This document shows positions 13,384-22,813 of a DNA stretch of 64,000 bases, piece after piece. Origin of the DNA: an uncultured delta proteobacterium (GTDB lineage: Bacteria; Desulfobacterota; Binatia; UBA9968). The DNA is taken from contig CAVUVW010000014.1 of assembly GCA_963745035.1 (NCBI GenBank), positions 544,001 through 608,000 on the forward strand, written 5' to 3'. How positions within the stretch are numbered: the first letter of the stretch is position 1; every line of letters starts with the position of its first letter. Below the pieces are notes generated by a model, which was not told the DNA's origin, made no database searches, and worked only from the letters and a program-made list of their open reading frames with translations. The position numbers were made by a program, and so were the translations under genes.

Positions 13384-14378
13384 AAGGCCACGAAATCGTT
13401 TCGAAAAACGACCTAGGAGACGCCAACAGCACGACAGCATCACTCTTCCCCTCGACCCTCGACACTCGACACTCTTCACCCGACACCCGACCCTCGTCCC
13501 TCCGGCGATTTCTCCGCGAGCCGCTGCTGCATTTCCTGTTGCTCGGCGCATTGATCTTCGTGGCGTTCAAATTCATTTCTCGCGAGACCAGCGAACCGGG
13601 AAAGATTCTCATCACTCAGGGCCGCATCGAATCGCTCGAAACCGCGTTCAGCCGCACCTGGCGGCGGCCGCCGAGCGCAAGTGAATTGGAAGGCTTGCTT
13701 CGCGACTACGTTCGCGAAGAAGTTTTCGCGCGCGAAGCGGTCGCCCTCGGACTCGACAAGGACGACACGATCATCCGCCGGCGGCTGCGCCAGAAACTGG
13801 AGTTCATCTCCGAAGACGTCGCCGCCTACGCCGAGCCCACCGATGAGCAATTGAACGCGTATTTGAAAGCACACCCCGACACGTTTCGCGGCGATCGCCG
13901 GTTTAGCTTTAGCCAGGTGTATCTCGACCCGCAGCGGCGCGGCGCCAATCTCAGCCGCGATGCGGCGCAAGTACTCGCGCAGCTCGGTCGTCCTGGCAGC
14001 AAAGTTGATCCTGCAACGCTCGGCGACTCTCTCCTGCTCGAGAACGAGTTCAAGGCGCTGCCGGCGAGCGAAGTGGTGAAACAATTCGGCGAGAAGTTTG
14101 CCGCGTCGCTCGGTGAGATGACAACGGGACAATGGCGCGGGCCGATCGAGTCCGGCTTCGGCGTGCATCTGGTTTTGTTAAGCGAGCGCACCGAGGGCTC
14201 GCTGCCGGCGCTGGAAGACGTCCGCGCCGCGGTGCGGCGCGAATGGACCAACGCGCGCCGGATGGAAGCGAACGAAAAGTTCTATCAAACCCTGCTGCAA
14301 CGCTACATCGTGACCATCGAGCGGCCGGAAGTTGCGAAAAGCGCGGGCGGGAAACAAGTCGCCGAGGCGCGACAATGA
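13380..14378 (+). CDS. PpiC/rotamase-type peptidyl-prolyl isomerase domain protein
   Basis: LREPLLHFLLLG membrane anchor, LGLDKDDTIIRRRL, WRGPIESGFGVHLV; first ~40 aa derive from the inserted repeat region. Confidence 0.85.
   Translation: MKGHEIVSKNDLGDANSTTASLFPSTLDTRHSSPDTRPSSLRRFLREPLLHFLLLGALIFVAFKFISRETSEPGKILITQGRIESLETAFSRTWRRPPSASELEGLLRDYVREEVFAREAVALGLDKDDTIIRRRLRQKLEFISEDVAAYAEPTDEQLNAYLKAHPDTFRGDRRFSFSQVYLDPQRRGANLSRDAAQVLAQLGRPGSKVDPATLGDSLLLENEFKALPASEVVKQFGEKFAASLGEMTTGQWRGPIESGFGVHLVLLSERTEGSLPALEDVRAAVRREWTNARRMEANEKFYQTLLQRYIVTIERPEVAKSAGGKQVAEARQ
13447..13502 (-). repeat. heptamer array, right arm (8 units, reverse complement of the left-arm unit)
   Basis: tcccctc gaccctc gacactc gacactc ttcaccc gacaccc gaccctc gtccctc. 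Confidence 0.85.
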
Positions 14379-15453
14379 ACAGAATCGGGGTGACACGAGT
14401 GTCGGGTGTCGAGTGTCGTACCGCGCTCTCGCATGTCGCACCCTTTGCTTACTTCTGTTTCTTTTTTCCGGATTTCCTCTGTTCGCGCACGAAGTGCGCC
14501 CGGCTTATCTGGAGCTGCGTCAGACCGGCGCCGAGACTTACGACATCTTGTGGAAAGTGCCCGGGCAGGGAGAAGATCTGCGCCTGGGACTTTACGTGCA
14601 ACTGCCGGAGAGCTGCTCGAACCTGACGCAACCGCGCGGCGCTTTCGCCGCCAACGCTTATACCGAGCGTTGGAGCGTCCAATGCTCGGGAGGCTTGAGC
14701 GGCGGCACGATCCGCATCGCCGGCCTCTCGGCGACAATGACCGACGTTTTGGTGCGCATCGAGCGAGTCGAGGGCTCGACCCAGATCACTCGCCTCACGC
14801 CGGCGACTTCCTCATTCGTCGTCGAAGCCGCCCCGAGCCGAATGGAAATCGTCCGTACCTATCTCATTCTCGGCATCGAGCACATTTTAACCGGCGTGGA
14901 CCATCTGCTGTTCGTGCTCGGCCTCCTACTGCTGGTGCGCGGATTCGGCCGGCTGGTCAAAACGGTGAGTGCATTTACCGTCGCGCACAGCGTCACCCTG
15001 GCCTTGGCGACGCTCGGCTTTGTTCATGTTCCCTCTCCGCCAGTGGAAGCGGTGATTGCCTTGAGCATCGTCTTTGTCGCCAAAGAAATTCTCCGCAGCC
15101 GCGGCAGGTCTTCGTCCTCCCAGCCCAGTCTGACGGAGCGCCAGCCGTGGCTCGTCGCATTCTCTTTCGGGTTGTTGCACGGGTTGGGATTCGCGGGCGG
15201 ATTGAGCGAGGTGGGATTACCGCAAGGACACATCCCGCTCGCGCTGCTGCTGTTCAGTATCGGCGTCGAGGTCGGCCATTTCGGTTTCATCGCGGCGGTG
15301 TTCGCATTGATGGCGCTCGGTCACCGAGCGATGCAATGGCTGCGCTTACCGCAAACATCGCTTCATCGATCCGCCGTGCTCCGACTGCTGCCGCCGTATG
15401 CGATTGGCGGCACGGCAATGTTCTGGCTGATTGAACGAATCGCGGCGTTTTGA
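14375..15453 (+). CDS. HupE/UreJ family membrane protein (apparent frameshift near 5' end)
   Basis: AHEVRPAYL, GIEHILTGVDHLLF, FTVAHSVTL, FGLLHGLGFAG; ATG 14375 overlaps the upstream stop but is out of frame with the body. Confidence 0.85.
14388..14417 (+). repeat. heptamer array (GAGTGTC type)
   Basis: gggtgac ac gagtgtc gggtgtc gagtgtc. Confidence 0.7.
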
Positions 15454-15831
15454 ATCACGGAAGTCGGAAATGAGTCATAAGTCGCAACCACGTTGAACGC
15501 AAACGCGATGCACGGATGAAAAGCTGTTTTTTGCAGACGACGTCCGACGCACCAACCAGAGAGGAGGTATGACAAAGGCGAAAGAAGTTAGGCTATCTAA
15601 AAATATGGCGGATTTGCCGCGAAGGCTCACGTTAGGATGGCAACGAGAATTCCACGCGAGATTACCCCGCCGAACTCCATAAAGACAGGAAGCAGCACGC
15701 CGAGATTTTGACGTCGCGCGGCAGAATGAGCTCCCGCTTTATATCGGATGGGAGCATAATAGCCGTGGCAATTTGTGAGACGGAATAAGCTTCGAGGTGT
15801 AAGCCAACCTAACTGCATTAGGAGGTTCGCT

Positions 15832-16542
15832 ATGATCACTCGGAATCGTGCAATATCAATCTTTTTCGCCTTAGCCGTGCTTTCCGGATGCGCGTCGACG
15901 AAGGTTACCCAGCAAACACCCAGGGTAAACGGGGGGCTCGCCCGCCCCAATCAAATCTGGGTCTACGACTTCATCGCCGACCCGGCCAAGGTCCCCGCCG
16001 ATTCCTATATTAGCGCCGATCTCAGTGCGCCGACCACGCCTCCGACCGCCGAGGAACTGGAAACCGGGCGTAGGCTTGGCGCCATCATCGCCAAAAGCCT
16101 GGTTGCGCATATCCAGGCCATGGGTCTTCCCGCAGTGCAAGCCGGTCCGGGAGCAGCGCCACAAGTTGGCGAGGGTGTAATGCGTGGCTATTTGGTCTCG
16201 GTCCAGGCCGGCAGTGGGGCCAAGCGTTTTGTGATTGGATTCGGCGCCGGGAGCTCGGAAATGTATACGGTGGTGGAAGGCTACGAGATGACGCCCGAGG
16301 GCTTAAAGAAAGTTGGATCAGGGACGCTTAGTTCGTCTGGAAGCAAGACGCCCGGCATTATCGCGCCGGGCGCTGTCGCGATTGCGACCGGCAATCCGCT
16401 AGGACTGATCGTGGTTGGCGCGACGAAGATTTATGGCGAGGCGAGCGGCAGCAATACGCTTGAGGGGAGAGCCAAGGCGACCGCCGACGCAATTGCAGAG
16501 GAGCTCAGGATCCGATTTCGGCAGCGCGGCTGGATCAATTGA
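15832..16542 (+). CDS. DUF4410-like lipoprotein
   Basis: SD AGGAGG, lipobox LSGC, RPNQIWVYDF, RFVIGFGAG. Confidence 0.8.
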   Translation: MITRNRAISIFFALAVLSGCASTKVTQQTPRVNGGLARPNQIWVYDFIADPAKVPADSYISADLSAPTTPPTAEELETGRRLGAIIAKSLVAHIQAMGLPAVQAGPGAAPQVGEGVMRGYLVSVQAGSGAKRFVIGFGAGSSEMYTVVEGYEMTPEGLKKVGSGTLSSSGSKTPGIIAPGAVAIATGNPLGLIVVGATKIYGEASGSNTLEGRAKATADAIAEELRIRFRQRGWIN

Positions 16543-16583
16543 TTCAATATCAAGTTCATTTCGCCTGAATAGCCGATATTGCG

Positions 16584-16624
16584 GATGCCTTTGCGCGGCC
16601 ATCGCCGTACGGCCGAGGCCTCAG
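16584..16624 (+). repeat. 41-bp direct repeat, copy A (partner 22814-22853)
   Basis: gatgcctttgcgcggccatcgccgtacggccgaggcctcag; 2 mismatches and 1 indel versus copy B. Confidence 0.85.
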
Positions 16625-17109
16625 GGCCGGGCCTCAGGTTGGACGAGCCGCACGAAGACGAGGAAGGACAGGGAGAGGTACCACGTGAGCGTGGCCAGAT
16701 GCGGCCAGGCGACACCTAGCCAGACGCAGTTCACCAGCTGCGCCGCCATGCACACCACGCTGCCGGTGTACGCCCCCGCGATCACCCACCGCTCTCGGGC
16801 GAGCGTGTCGGCGTCGCGGACGACGCTCCGCGCCCGGATCACCATAAGCACGAGTTGCAGGACTACGGAGCAGCCGCTGGTGGAGGACCACACGGTCGGC
16901 TCGGCGAGCCCAGTGGAGGCCAGGATCAGGGGTAAGGCGCTGAGTATAGTGCACCCGCCGCTTGTCAGGAGCAGGACATATAGGAGCTGGCGCTCGCGGT
17001 ATGACCACGCGCCCTGCCCGCGGTTCCCGAGGGAGACCACGATGCCGGAAAAGCCGGAGATCGCGACACCGATCTGAATGTAAGTGATCAGCAGGCTTTC
17101 CGCGGTCAT
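16621..17109 (-). CDS. hypothetical integral membrane protein
   Basis: 162 aa, about five hydrophobic segments, QIGVAISGFSGIV; SD GGAGG upstream. Confidence 0.75.
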   Translation of the reverse strand: MTAESLLITYIQIGVAISGFSGIVVSLGNRGQGAWSYRERQLLYVLLLTSGGCTILSALPLILASTGLAEPTVWSSTSGCSVVLQLVLMVIRARSVVRDADTLARERWVIAGAYTGSVVCMAAQLVNCVWLGVAWPHLATLTWYLSLSFLVFVRLVQPEARP

Positions 17110-17269
17110 CCGACCTCCCGTTCCTCACCGAAAGCGGACAGCTCTCCCCTACCCGCCCGTCCTTCTCGTCACCTTGCTGCTGACGCTGGGTCGAACCAGT
17201 TATACACGGGTCGGGTTTTTCGGATATTATTATCGGCAAAGTTTTCCGACAAGAGGGAGATTTTCTCCC

Positions 17270-17325
17270 TCGACAGTGGGAGGTACTTGTTCTGCCCAGG
17301 TTCAGGCACAAAACGAGCACAGCCG
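17270..17325 (+). repeat. 56-bp inverted repeat, copy A (partner 22712-22767)
   Basis: 48/56 identical to the reverse complement of 22712-22767; contains GGCACAAAACGAGCACAG. Confidence 0.85.
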
Positions 17326-17465
17326 GAATCGGCCCTCGCCTTGCCAGCGGCCTTTGCCGATATTGATATCCACAAAAGACAGTCTGTATATTACTGGTTA
17401 GGCCCCCAGAGAGTTGAGCAAGAGGCTGGAAAGCGAGCCCAAGCGACCGCAGATGACTGGGTCAG

Positions 17466-17620
17466 CAAGGCATCGGCATTGGCAAGCAGCAGTTCCTGCT
17501 GGAGGAGACTGTGCGGGCGCGGTCGACGTGATGCGTCAGATCAAGGCCACGCTCGATCCCCGCAACATCCTCAATCCCGGGAAGATACTGGCTTCGCCGA
17601 TCGAGCAATTGCGCAGATGA
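17466..17620 (+). pseudogene. FAD-linked oxidase (GlcD/D-lactate dehydrogenase type) C-terminal remnant
   Basis: QGIGIGKQQFLLEE, frameshift, then GAVDVMRQIKATLDPRNILNPGKI. Confidence 0.75.
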
Positions 17621-17706
17621 TTTCCGTGACAGCTGTTCAAGAGGCGATGCACAACTCTAGGCAGGGCACGCCGGGAGATCGATTTCAGCCGGGGATGGAT
17701 AGCCGG

Positions 17707-19092
17707 ATGAAGTGCGAGCCCAAGCTAGTGTCGATACTTGCGCGGCGATCTCTGAGGCCGGTGCTGATCGCGAGCTTACTCTTGGCGGCAAGTGTCACGG
17801 GGTTGTCTGGCTGCGCGATGATCAGCAAGCTGACTGGTGCAGAAGACGAGGCCGAGGCCACGAAGCTGCAGGAGCTGCAGCTCAAGGTCATGCGTTTCGC
17901 CGACGAATATGCGGGAGGAATCAGCGAACCGATTACACGCTTTCAGACGGAGACGCAGGATGCCGCGGAGCGGCTGGCCGCCCAGAATTGGAGACTGTCT
18001 CAGGCGACGTCTGCCTATACGATTGCCACGGGCCCCAACCCCGTGAGCAACGCGCTCGACATGGTGGTGCTTGCCACTTTGAGTCGAATGGTCATCGAGG
18101 ACTCGAGGATTCAAGACAAATACGGCGAGCGCGCCGTGCCACTCCGCGATGCGCACCGCAATCTGGAACGTGGTGCCTGGGCGCTCGCGTCCGAAGTCCT
18201 GACCGAAGGGCAGATTGAGCAGTTGCGCCAGGTGATCGAGGAATGGCGCCTAAAGAATCCCCATGTGAACGCCGTGGCGTACGTTTACTTCAGGGACTTC
18301 GCCCGCGCGGTCGGTCGCCCGAGACCTGGCGAGTCACAATCGAGCGGTAACCTGTTCTCGCTGATCGGCATCGACCCGTTGAGCAACCTGGATCCGGCCG
18401 TTCAGGAAATCGCCCAGACGCGCAATCTCGCCGAGCGCACGATCTACTACCTGCAACGTTCACCCAGACTGCTCGACATGCAGGTCGAACGCCTCACGTA
18501 TCAGATCGCTAGCATGCCTGAGACCCGAGACGCGCTGCTGGATGTGGATCGTGTCAGCCTGGCAGCGGAGGCAGTTGGCAACGTCGCTGGGCAACTTCCG
18601 GCCCTGGTGGCTCGTGAGCGTGAAGCCGTGATCAGTCAATTCATGCGGGAAATGGCGGCGCGGCAGCAGCAGATGTTGGCGCTGGTCAGCCAGCTCAGAG
18701 GCGCGCTCGAAGCCGGAACCGCGACATTCGATTCGCTGCAGGGCACTTTACGCGGCATCGATTCGCTGTTCGGTCGGCTCGACAAGAACGAGAAGTCCAC
18801 TGCGCCTGCCATACCTGCCAAGCCGTTCGACATCGCCGACTACGCCAACGCCGCGCGCGAATTTGCCGCGACGGCGAGGCAGCTCGAATTGCTGATGGTT
18901 CAGCTCAACGCCGGCGCGCCCCAGGTCGGCGACCTGGCCCACCGCACGGTGGCCGACATGCGCGCACTCGTGGATTTCGCCTTTTCGCGGCTGATCATTT
19001 TGGTCGTGGTTCTGGTCGCAGCCGTGTGGATCGCCGCTCTCGCCTATCAGTTGGTCGTTCGACGCATCGGCATTCGGCGGAACGCAGGATGA
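17707..19092 (+). CDS. hypothetical lipoprotein with coiled coils and C-terminal TM helix
   Basis: Lipobox LSGC, VMRFADEY, NALDMVVL, C-terminal hydrophobic helix; start approximate. Confidence 0.75.
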   Translation: MKCEPKLVSILARRSLRPVLIASLLLAASVTGLSGCAMISKLTGAEDEAEATKLQELQLKVMRFADEYAGGISEPITRFQTETQDAAERLAAQNWRLSQATSAYTIATGPNPVSNALDMVVLATLSRMVIEDSRIQDKYGERAVPLRDAHRNLERGAWALASEVLTEGQIEQLRQVIEEWRLKNPHVNAVAYVYFRDFARAVGRPRPGESQSSGNLFSLIGIDPLSNLDPAVQEIAQTRNLAERTIYYLQRSPRLLDMQVERLTYQIASMPETRDALLDVDRVSLAAEAVGNVAGQLPALVAREREAVISQFMREMAARQQQMLALVSQLRGALEAGTATFDSLQGTLRGIDSLFGRLDKNEKSTAPAIPAKPFDIADYANAAREFAATARQLELLMVQLNAGAPQVGDLAHRTVADMRALVDFAFSRLIILVVVLVAAVWIAALAYQLVVRRIGIRRNAG

Positions 19093-19337
19093 GGAACCAG
19101 GCGGCCTGACCGGCAAGACTTGACTTGCCGAATCCTCCTAGCCATCGGAGCCATCCACGGCGCAGCGCCCGGCTCTGTGTGCGCTCGCTGTGCACGTCAA
19201 GGATCTCATTCAGTGCTTGTTTTGAGATTGATCACCAAATCAAATTTACGCCAGTGAGCACTTGGAAGTGCTGAGGATCAAGCCGATTGCAAGCAATCCG
19301 TCGCTGGCCCTTTTGCGCTGCGCGGTGAACGGCGCCA

Positions 19338-20459
19338 TCACTTGACCGGGATCGTCAGGAGCGGTGCGCCCTGCACCCCTCGTGTCGCCTCGGAGAGACG
19401 GGTCATGAAGAGCATCTGGATCTGCAGGAACGCCCGTTTACTTGCTAAATCCGTGTCGTCCACATAGTACCACCAGCCGCGATGCTGCACGGCCACGTTG
19501 GCCTGCCTCGGCGCGCTGCTGCTCGAATGGATGCGCACGATTGGGCCGAGGGTCCCCGAAGCTTCCAGAGGGACCGAGCGTACCTGCACGAGGCCCTCCT
19601 TGACATGCACGCCAGGCACCTCGATCGACGCCGCCACGCTCTGCAGGATCTCCGCGACCGAGCGAGTCTGCACGGCCAAACCGTCGAATTTTCCGTCCCG
19701 GACGCCCAGGACCAATGGTATCCGGATCGTGCTCTCCTGCGCCGGGTTGCCATGCAACTCCAGAAGACGCAGGAGTTCCTCCACCTCGGCGATGTGGCCC
19801 GGCGCATAGTGCGAGAGGATCAGCTCGTAGCGTCCGGGCGCGCCGCTCTCCTGCACCCACAGCGCCATCCCGAGCTCGCGGAACTGCGCCAGGAGCGTTG
19901 CCACTCGATGAAAGGCGGTCCGCTCCTCTACCGTCGCGCCCACACCCAAGCGCAGTCCATTCATGCGTTCGACCAAAGTCAGGAGCACCATGAGCGCGCC
20001 CTCGCCAACGGCTCCCTGCATCGCCAACACCAGCGTCTCCAGCGTGACGGGCGCGAGCCATTCGCGCAGGAACGCCTGCGCGTCGACGGGCGCGTAGGAG
20101 ATCAAGGGGCTGTCCTCGTAGCTGACCCCCGCCGAGAACGGAACCAGGGCCCCCGCGTAACTCGCGGACGACCCGAAGCCCGCCTCGCCTGTAGCTTGGG
20201 TGCTGAACTTAAGGCCCGCGGTGACGCTCGAGACAGCGAGCAGACCAATGGGATCTGAGTACCGGAGCCGCACGATGAGGCCAAGCGTCTGCTCAGAACT
20301 CGTCCGTGCGATGACGTCGTTATAGGCGCCGCGGCCCGCGCCCAAGGCCGCCGGGCCCAGGATCTGGCAGCCCGTAAGTGGGAGCCACGCGCATAGGACG
20401 ACGATCGCTCGTAACTGAAGCACACGTGTAAGAACGGCCACAAAATCGTCCATGATCAT
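19338..20459 (-). CDS. conserved hypothetical lipoprotein
   Basis: Lipobox LTGC, YNDVI...EQTLGLIVRLRY, AVQHRGWWYYVDDTDLASK, PLLTIPV. Confidence 0.75.
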   Translation of the reverse strand: MIMDDFVAVLTRVLQLRAIVVLCAWLPLTGCQILGPAALGAGRGAYNDVIARTSSEQTLGLIVRLRYSDPIGLLAVSSVTAGLKFSTQATGEAGFGSSASYAGALVPFSAGVSYEDSPLISYAPVDAQAFLREWLAPVTLETLVLAMQGAVGEGALMVLLTLVERMNGLRLGVGATVEERTAFHRVATLLAQFRELGMALWVQESGAPGRYELILSHYAPGHIAEVEELLRLLELHGNPAQESTIRIPLVLGVRDGKFDGLAVQTRSVAEILQSVAASIEVPGVHVKEGLVQVRSVPLEASGTLGPIVRIHSSSSAPRQANVAVQHRGWWYYVDDTDLASKRAFLQIQMLFMTRLSEATRGVQGAPLLTIPVK

Positions 20460-20632
20460 CTCAACTTGTTTGCTGGTTGCGCTGCGAGTCATCACTGATT
20501 CGAACACATAATAACAAATAGTTCTGGCAAAGTTGTGGCAAAGTCACGGCACAAAAAGGTACAAATCACCATGGCCGGTGACAATTTGCATTTGGTTTAG
20601 AAATTTCCCTAGCTGCGACCAGCAGTTCAACT

Positions 20633-21556
20633 CTAAAGTCCCGCGCCCCAACGGAATTGCCAGACGATCCCCACCAAGTCGAAGTCGCTGCCGGTCTTCG
20701 TGTAAACACCCGTGCTGCCGTAGAGTTTGACCGAGTTATACCGGTTAACCGGCAGGGTCAAGGTAAGGCCCACGCGGGCGTTCGCGAGGGTTTCGCCTTT
20801 TTTTCCGTCGATGGTCGGGCGCCCGCCGGTATAGTAGAGACCATCGAGCCCCACCCATATCCCTGGAGTAAAGGAGTAAATGAGATGGGCCTGCACAGAA
20901 TAGATCGGGCTGACTTGCAGAGTTTGGCCGTCGAGAAAGTCGCTATTGTCAGTGTAGAAACGTACCCCGGTGGCGAGCTCCAAGGTCAACGGTCCAAGTG
21001 TCTTGGAGACTCCGACCTCCGGCTTGAAGGACCAACGATTGGTGCCGATGTTTAGCAGTTTGTCGGAGTCGTACTGCCCGAGGGGAGCAGTCACCTCGAG
21101 CATCGTTCCAATGATCACATCCGGCTGGAAGTCGCGAAACTCGTCCAGCGAAAGCGACGGACCCCCGTAGAGCAGCATGGAAAAACGGAACCTCGGATCG
21201 CCGAGTCCGGAAACATCCCGCTTGCGCGGCTGCCCGACTAGTGTGGCGCTTCCAGATGCCCAGGTATAGGGTAATATCACGTCGAATTTCCCCGACCGGC
21301 CCCACAAGTCCAACGTCCGCACGTAGGCAAGGACGGCGCTGTTAAGCGTAACCTCGGTATCTTCCAGTGGCACCGACGCGTCCGTGCCCACAGTGCCTTT
21401 CGCATACGCATACCCGCCGATCAAGAAGTTGAGTCCCACCGGCGTATTCGCGAACGCCCTCGGTTCGAGGTCCTGAGCGTGGGTCTCGACGCTCGCAGCC
21501 GCCAGCGCAACGATCAGCCAGCCAAAAACGGAGAGCCTACGAAAGCGCGCCGGCAT
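20633..21556 (-). CDS. outer-membrane beta-barrel transporter (MetA-pathway/phenol degradation-like family)
   Basis: Signal peptide then QDLEPRAFANTPVG, GLGDPRFR, PLGQYD...NIGTNRW, C-terminal WQFRW. Confidence 0.8.
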   Translation of the reverse strand: MPARFRRLSVFGWLIVALAAASVETHAQDLEPRAFANTPVGLNFLIGGYAYAKGTVGTDASVPLEDTEVTLNSAVLAYVRTLDLWGRSGKFDVILPYTWASGSATLVGQPRKRDVSGLGDPRFRFSMLLYGGPSLSLDEFRDFQPDVIIGTMLEVTAPLGQYDSDKLLNIGTNRWSFKPEVGVSKTLGPLTLELATGVRFYTDNSDFLDGQTLQVSPIYSVQAHLIYSFTPGIWVGLDGLYYTGGRPTIDGKKGETLANARVGLTLTLPVNRYNSVKLYGSTGVYTKTGSDFDLVGIVWQFRWGAGL

Positions 21557-21923
21557 AGCCCCTGCATCGCTCCCCAGGGTGTACAGATAGAGTTCGGTGC
21601 GCTGCTTCGATGATTTCGGCATACGACTCTGTGGAGTGGCTGGAGCGCGCGCACATTCGACTCTAGCGACTTCCTCCCGGCACCGCGGCGTGTTCAAGCA
21701 GGATGCGCCGGATCTCTTCGATGGCCTGTGGATTTCCCTGCACTGCGTGACTTGAACGCACCACCAGTTCGGAAGCCGCCTCGAATCCCCTCCAAGAGAA
21801 TGGAATGTTGGAGTAATGGAATGCTGGGGCGGGGACTGCTCTTACGGTAATCTGCTCTTGTCATTTGATTGCGCGCGCTCGTCCTCACTCTGTCGTAAAT
21901 GGACGCACGCGACCGTGACGCAC

Positions 21924-22691
21924 CTACTGATTCAGATGCGTATGTGCGTAGCGCAACGCATCGGCGGAGACCTTGAGCATGCCGTCGAACGGCCCATCCA
22001 TCTCCAATACGAGGAATATGGCGCCGCCAACAGACAGCGCGCAAACGAAGAGGACCGTAACAACCATGGCGTTCCGAGGAGCGAACAACCCGAAACTCGC
22101 GAATGTGATCGTAAGCCAGAACAGGAGGATCGCAAGGAACGGCATAGGAATTGACGACCCGGTGCTAGCCATTGCAAGCCACCTGCTTTGTAAGATCGCT
22201 TCCGCGAGGTCCAGCGCCCGCGCCTGGAACGCCCGCTGGGAGTCGTCCTGCGGCTTCAGACCCCGGACTGCGTCCGCGAGTCGCTCAGCTGCTAACGCTG
22301 TGCCCGAGCGCATCGGGTCCAGATCGGCTGGCTTGGATGAGCCCTGCCCCCAAACCATGTCGATTCGAGCCCCAACCGCGCGCTGCAAGCCCTTGCGAAT
22401 CTCGCCGGTCTCGGACCCGTAGCGAGCAAGTACGCGGTCGAGAGCGAGGAGTTGAGTGGCGGTTTGCTTCACGGTTGTGTCCACAGCATCAAAGGAACTC
22501 TTGGCCGAGGCGGTGACGAGGCCAAGAACGAGGGCGGTCATCGTGGCGATGAGCCCGACGCCAACCTTCACCGTATCTCTCGACTCAGCGTCGAGCCAAT
22601 GTTCTGGTAAGGCGGCGCGCAACCACATTCCGAGCAGGGCTCCCGCGAACGTACATGTGAACACGATAATCCCGACGATAGTAGCATCCAC
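21924..22691 (-). CDS. DUF4239-like membrane protein
   Basis: LPEHWL...VGLIATMTALVLGL...AKSSFD, LEMDGPFDG; GTG start inferred. Confidence 0.75.
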   Translation of the reverse strand: MDATIVGIIVFTCTFAGALLGMWLRAALPEHWLDAESRDTVKVGVGLIATMTALVLGLVTASAKSSFDAVDTTVKQTATQLLALDRVLARYGSETGEIRKGLQRAVGARIDMVWGQGSSKPADLDPMRSGTALAAERLADAVRGLKPQDDSQRAFQARALDLAEAILQSRWLAMASTGSSIPMPFLAILLFWLTITFASFGLFAPRNAMVVTVLFVCALSVGGAIFLVLEMDGPFDGMLKVSADALRYAHTHLNQ

Positions 22692-22711
22692 CGTTCTGGC
22701 TCCGACTTTCT

Positions 22712-22767
22712 CGGCTGTGCTTGTTTTGTGCCTGAACTCGGGCAGAACATACACCTTCCATTGTCGA
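22712..22767 (-). repeat. 56-bp inverted repeat, copy B
   Basis: Reverse complement tcgacaatggaaggtgtatgttctgcccgagttcaggcacaaaacaagcacagccg. Confidence 0.85.
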
Positions 22768-22768
22768 A

Positions 22769-22805
22769 GAAAAAGCAAGCGGGCCTCGAAAAGGGTCGGC
22801 CCACC
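22769..22805 (-). terminator. putative rho-independent terminator
   Basis: Minus strand: GGGCC...GGCCC stem followed by GCTTTTTTC. Confidence 0.45.
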
Positions 22806-22813
22806 GATTACTT

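Noticed and set aside
15569-15682. 37-aa ORF behind GAGGAGG
   Set aside because: SD-to-start spacing too short and no recognisable motif
17304-17320. Sigma-54 promoter in the GGCAC-containing inverted repeat
   Set aside because: The -12 element TTGC is missing (GAGC here, AAGC in copy B)
16539-19243. FNR boxes at 16539 (TTGAT-N5-ATCAA) and 19228 (TTGAT-N6-ATCAA)
   Set aside because: Spacer is not the canonical 4 nt and both lie downstream of convergent gene ends
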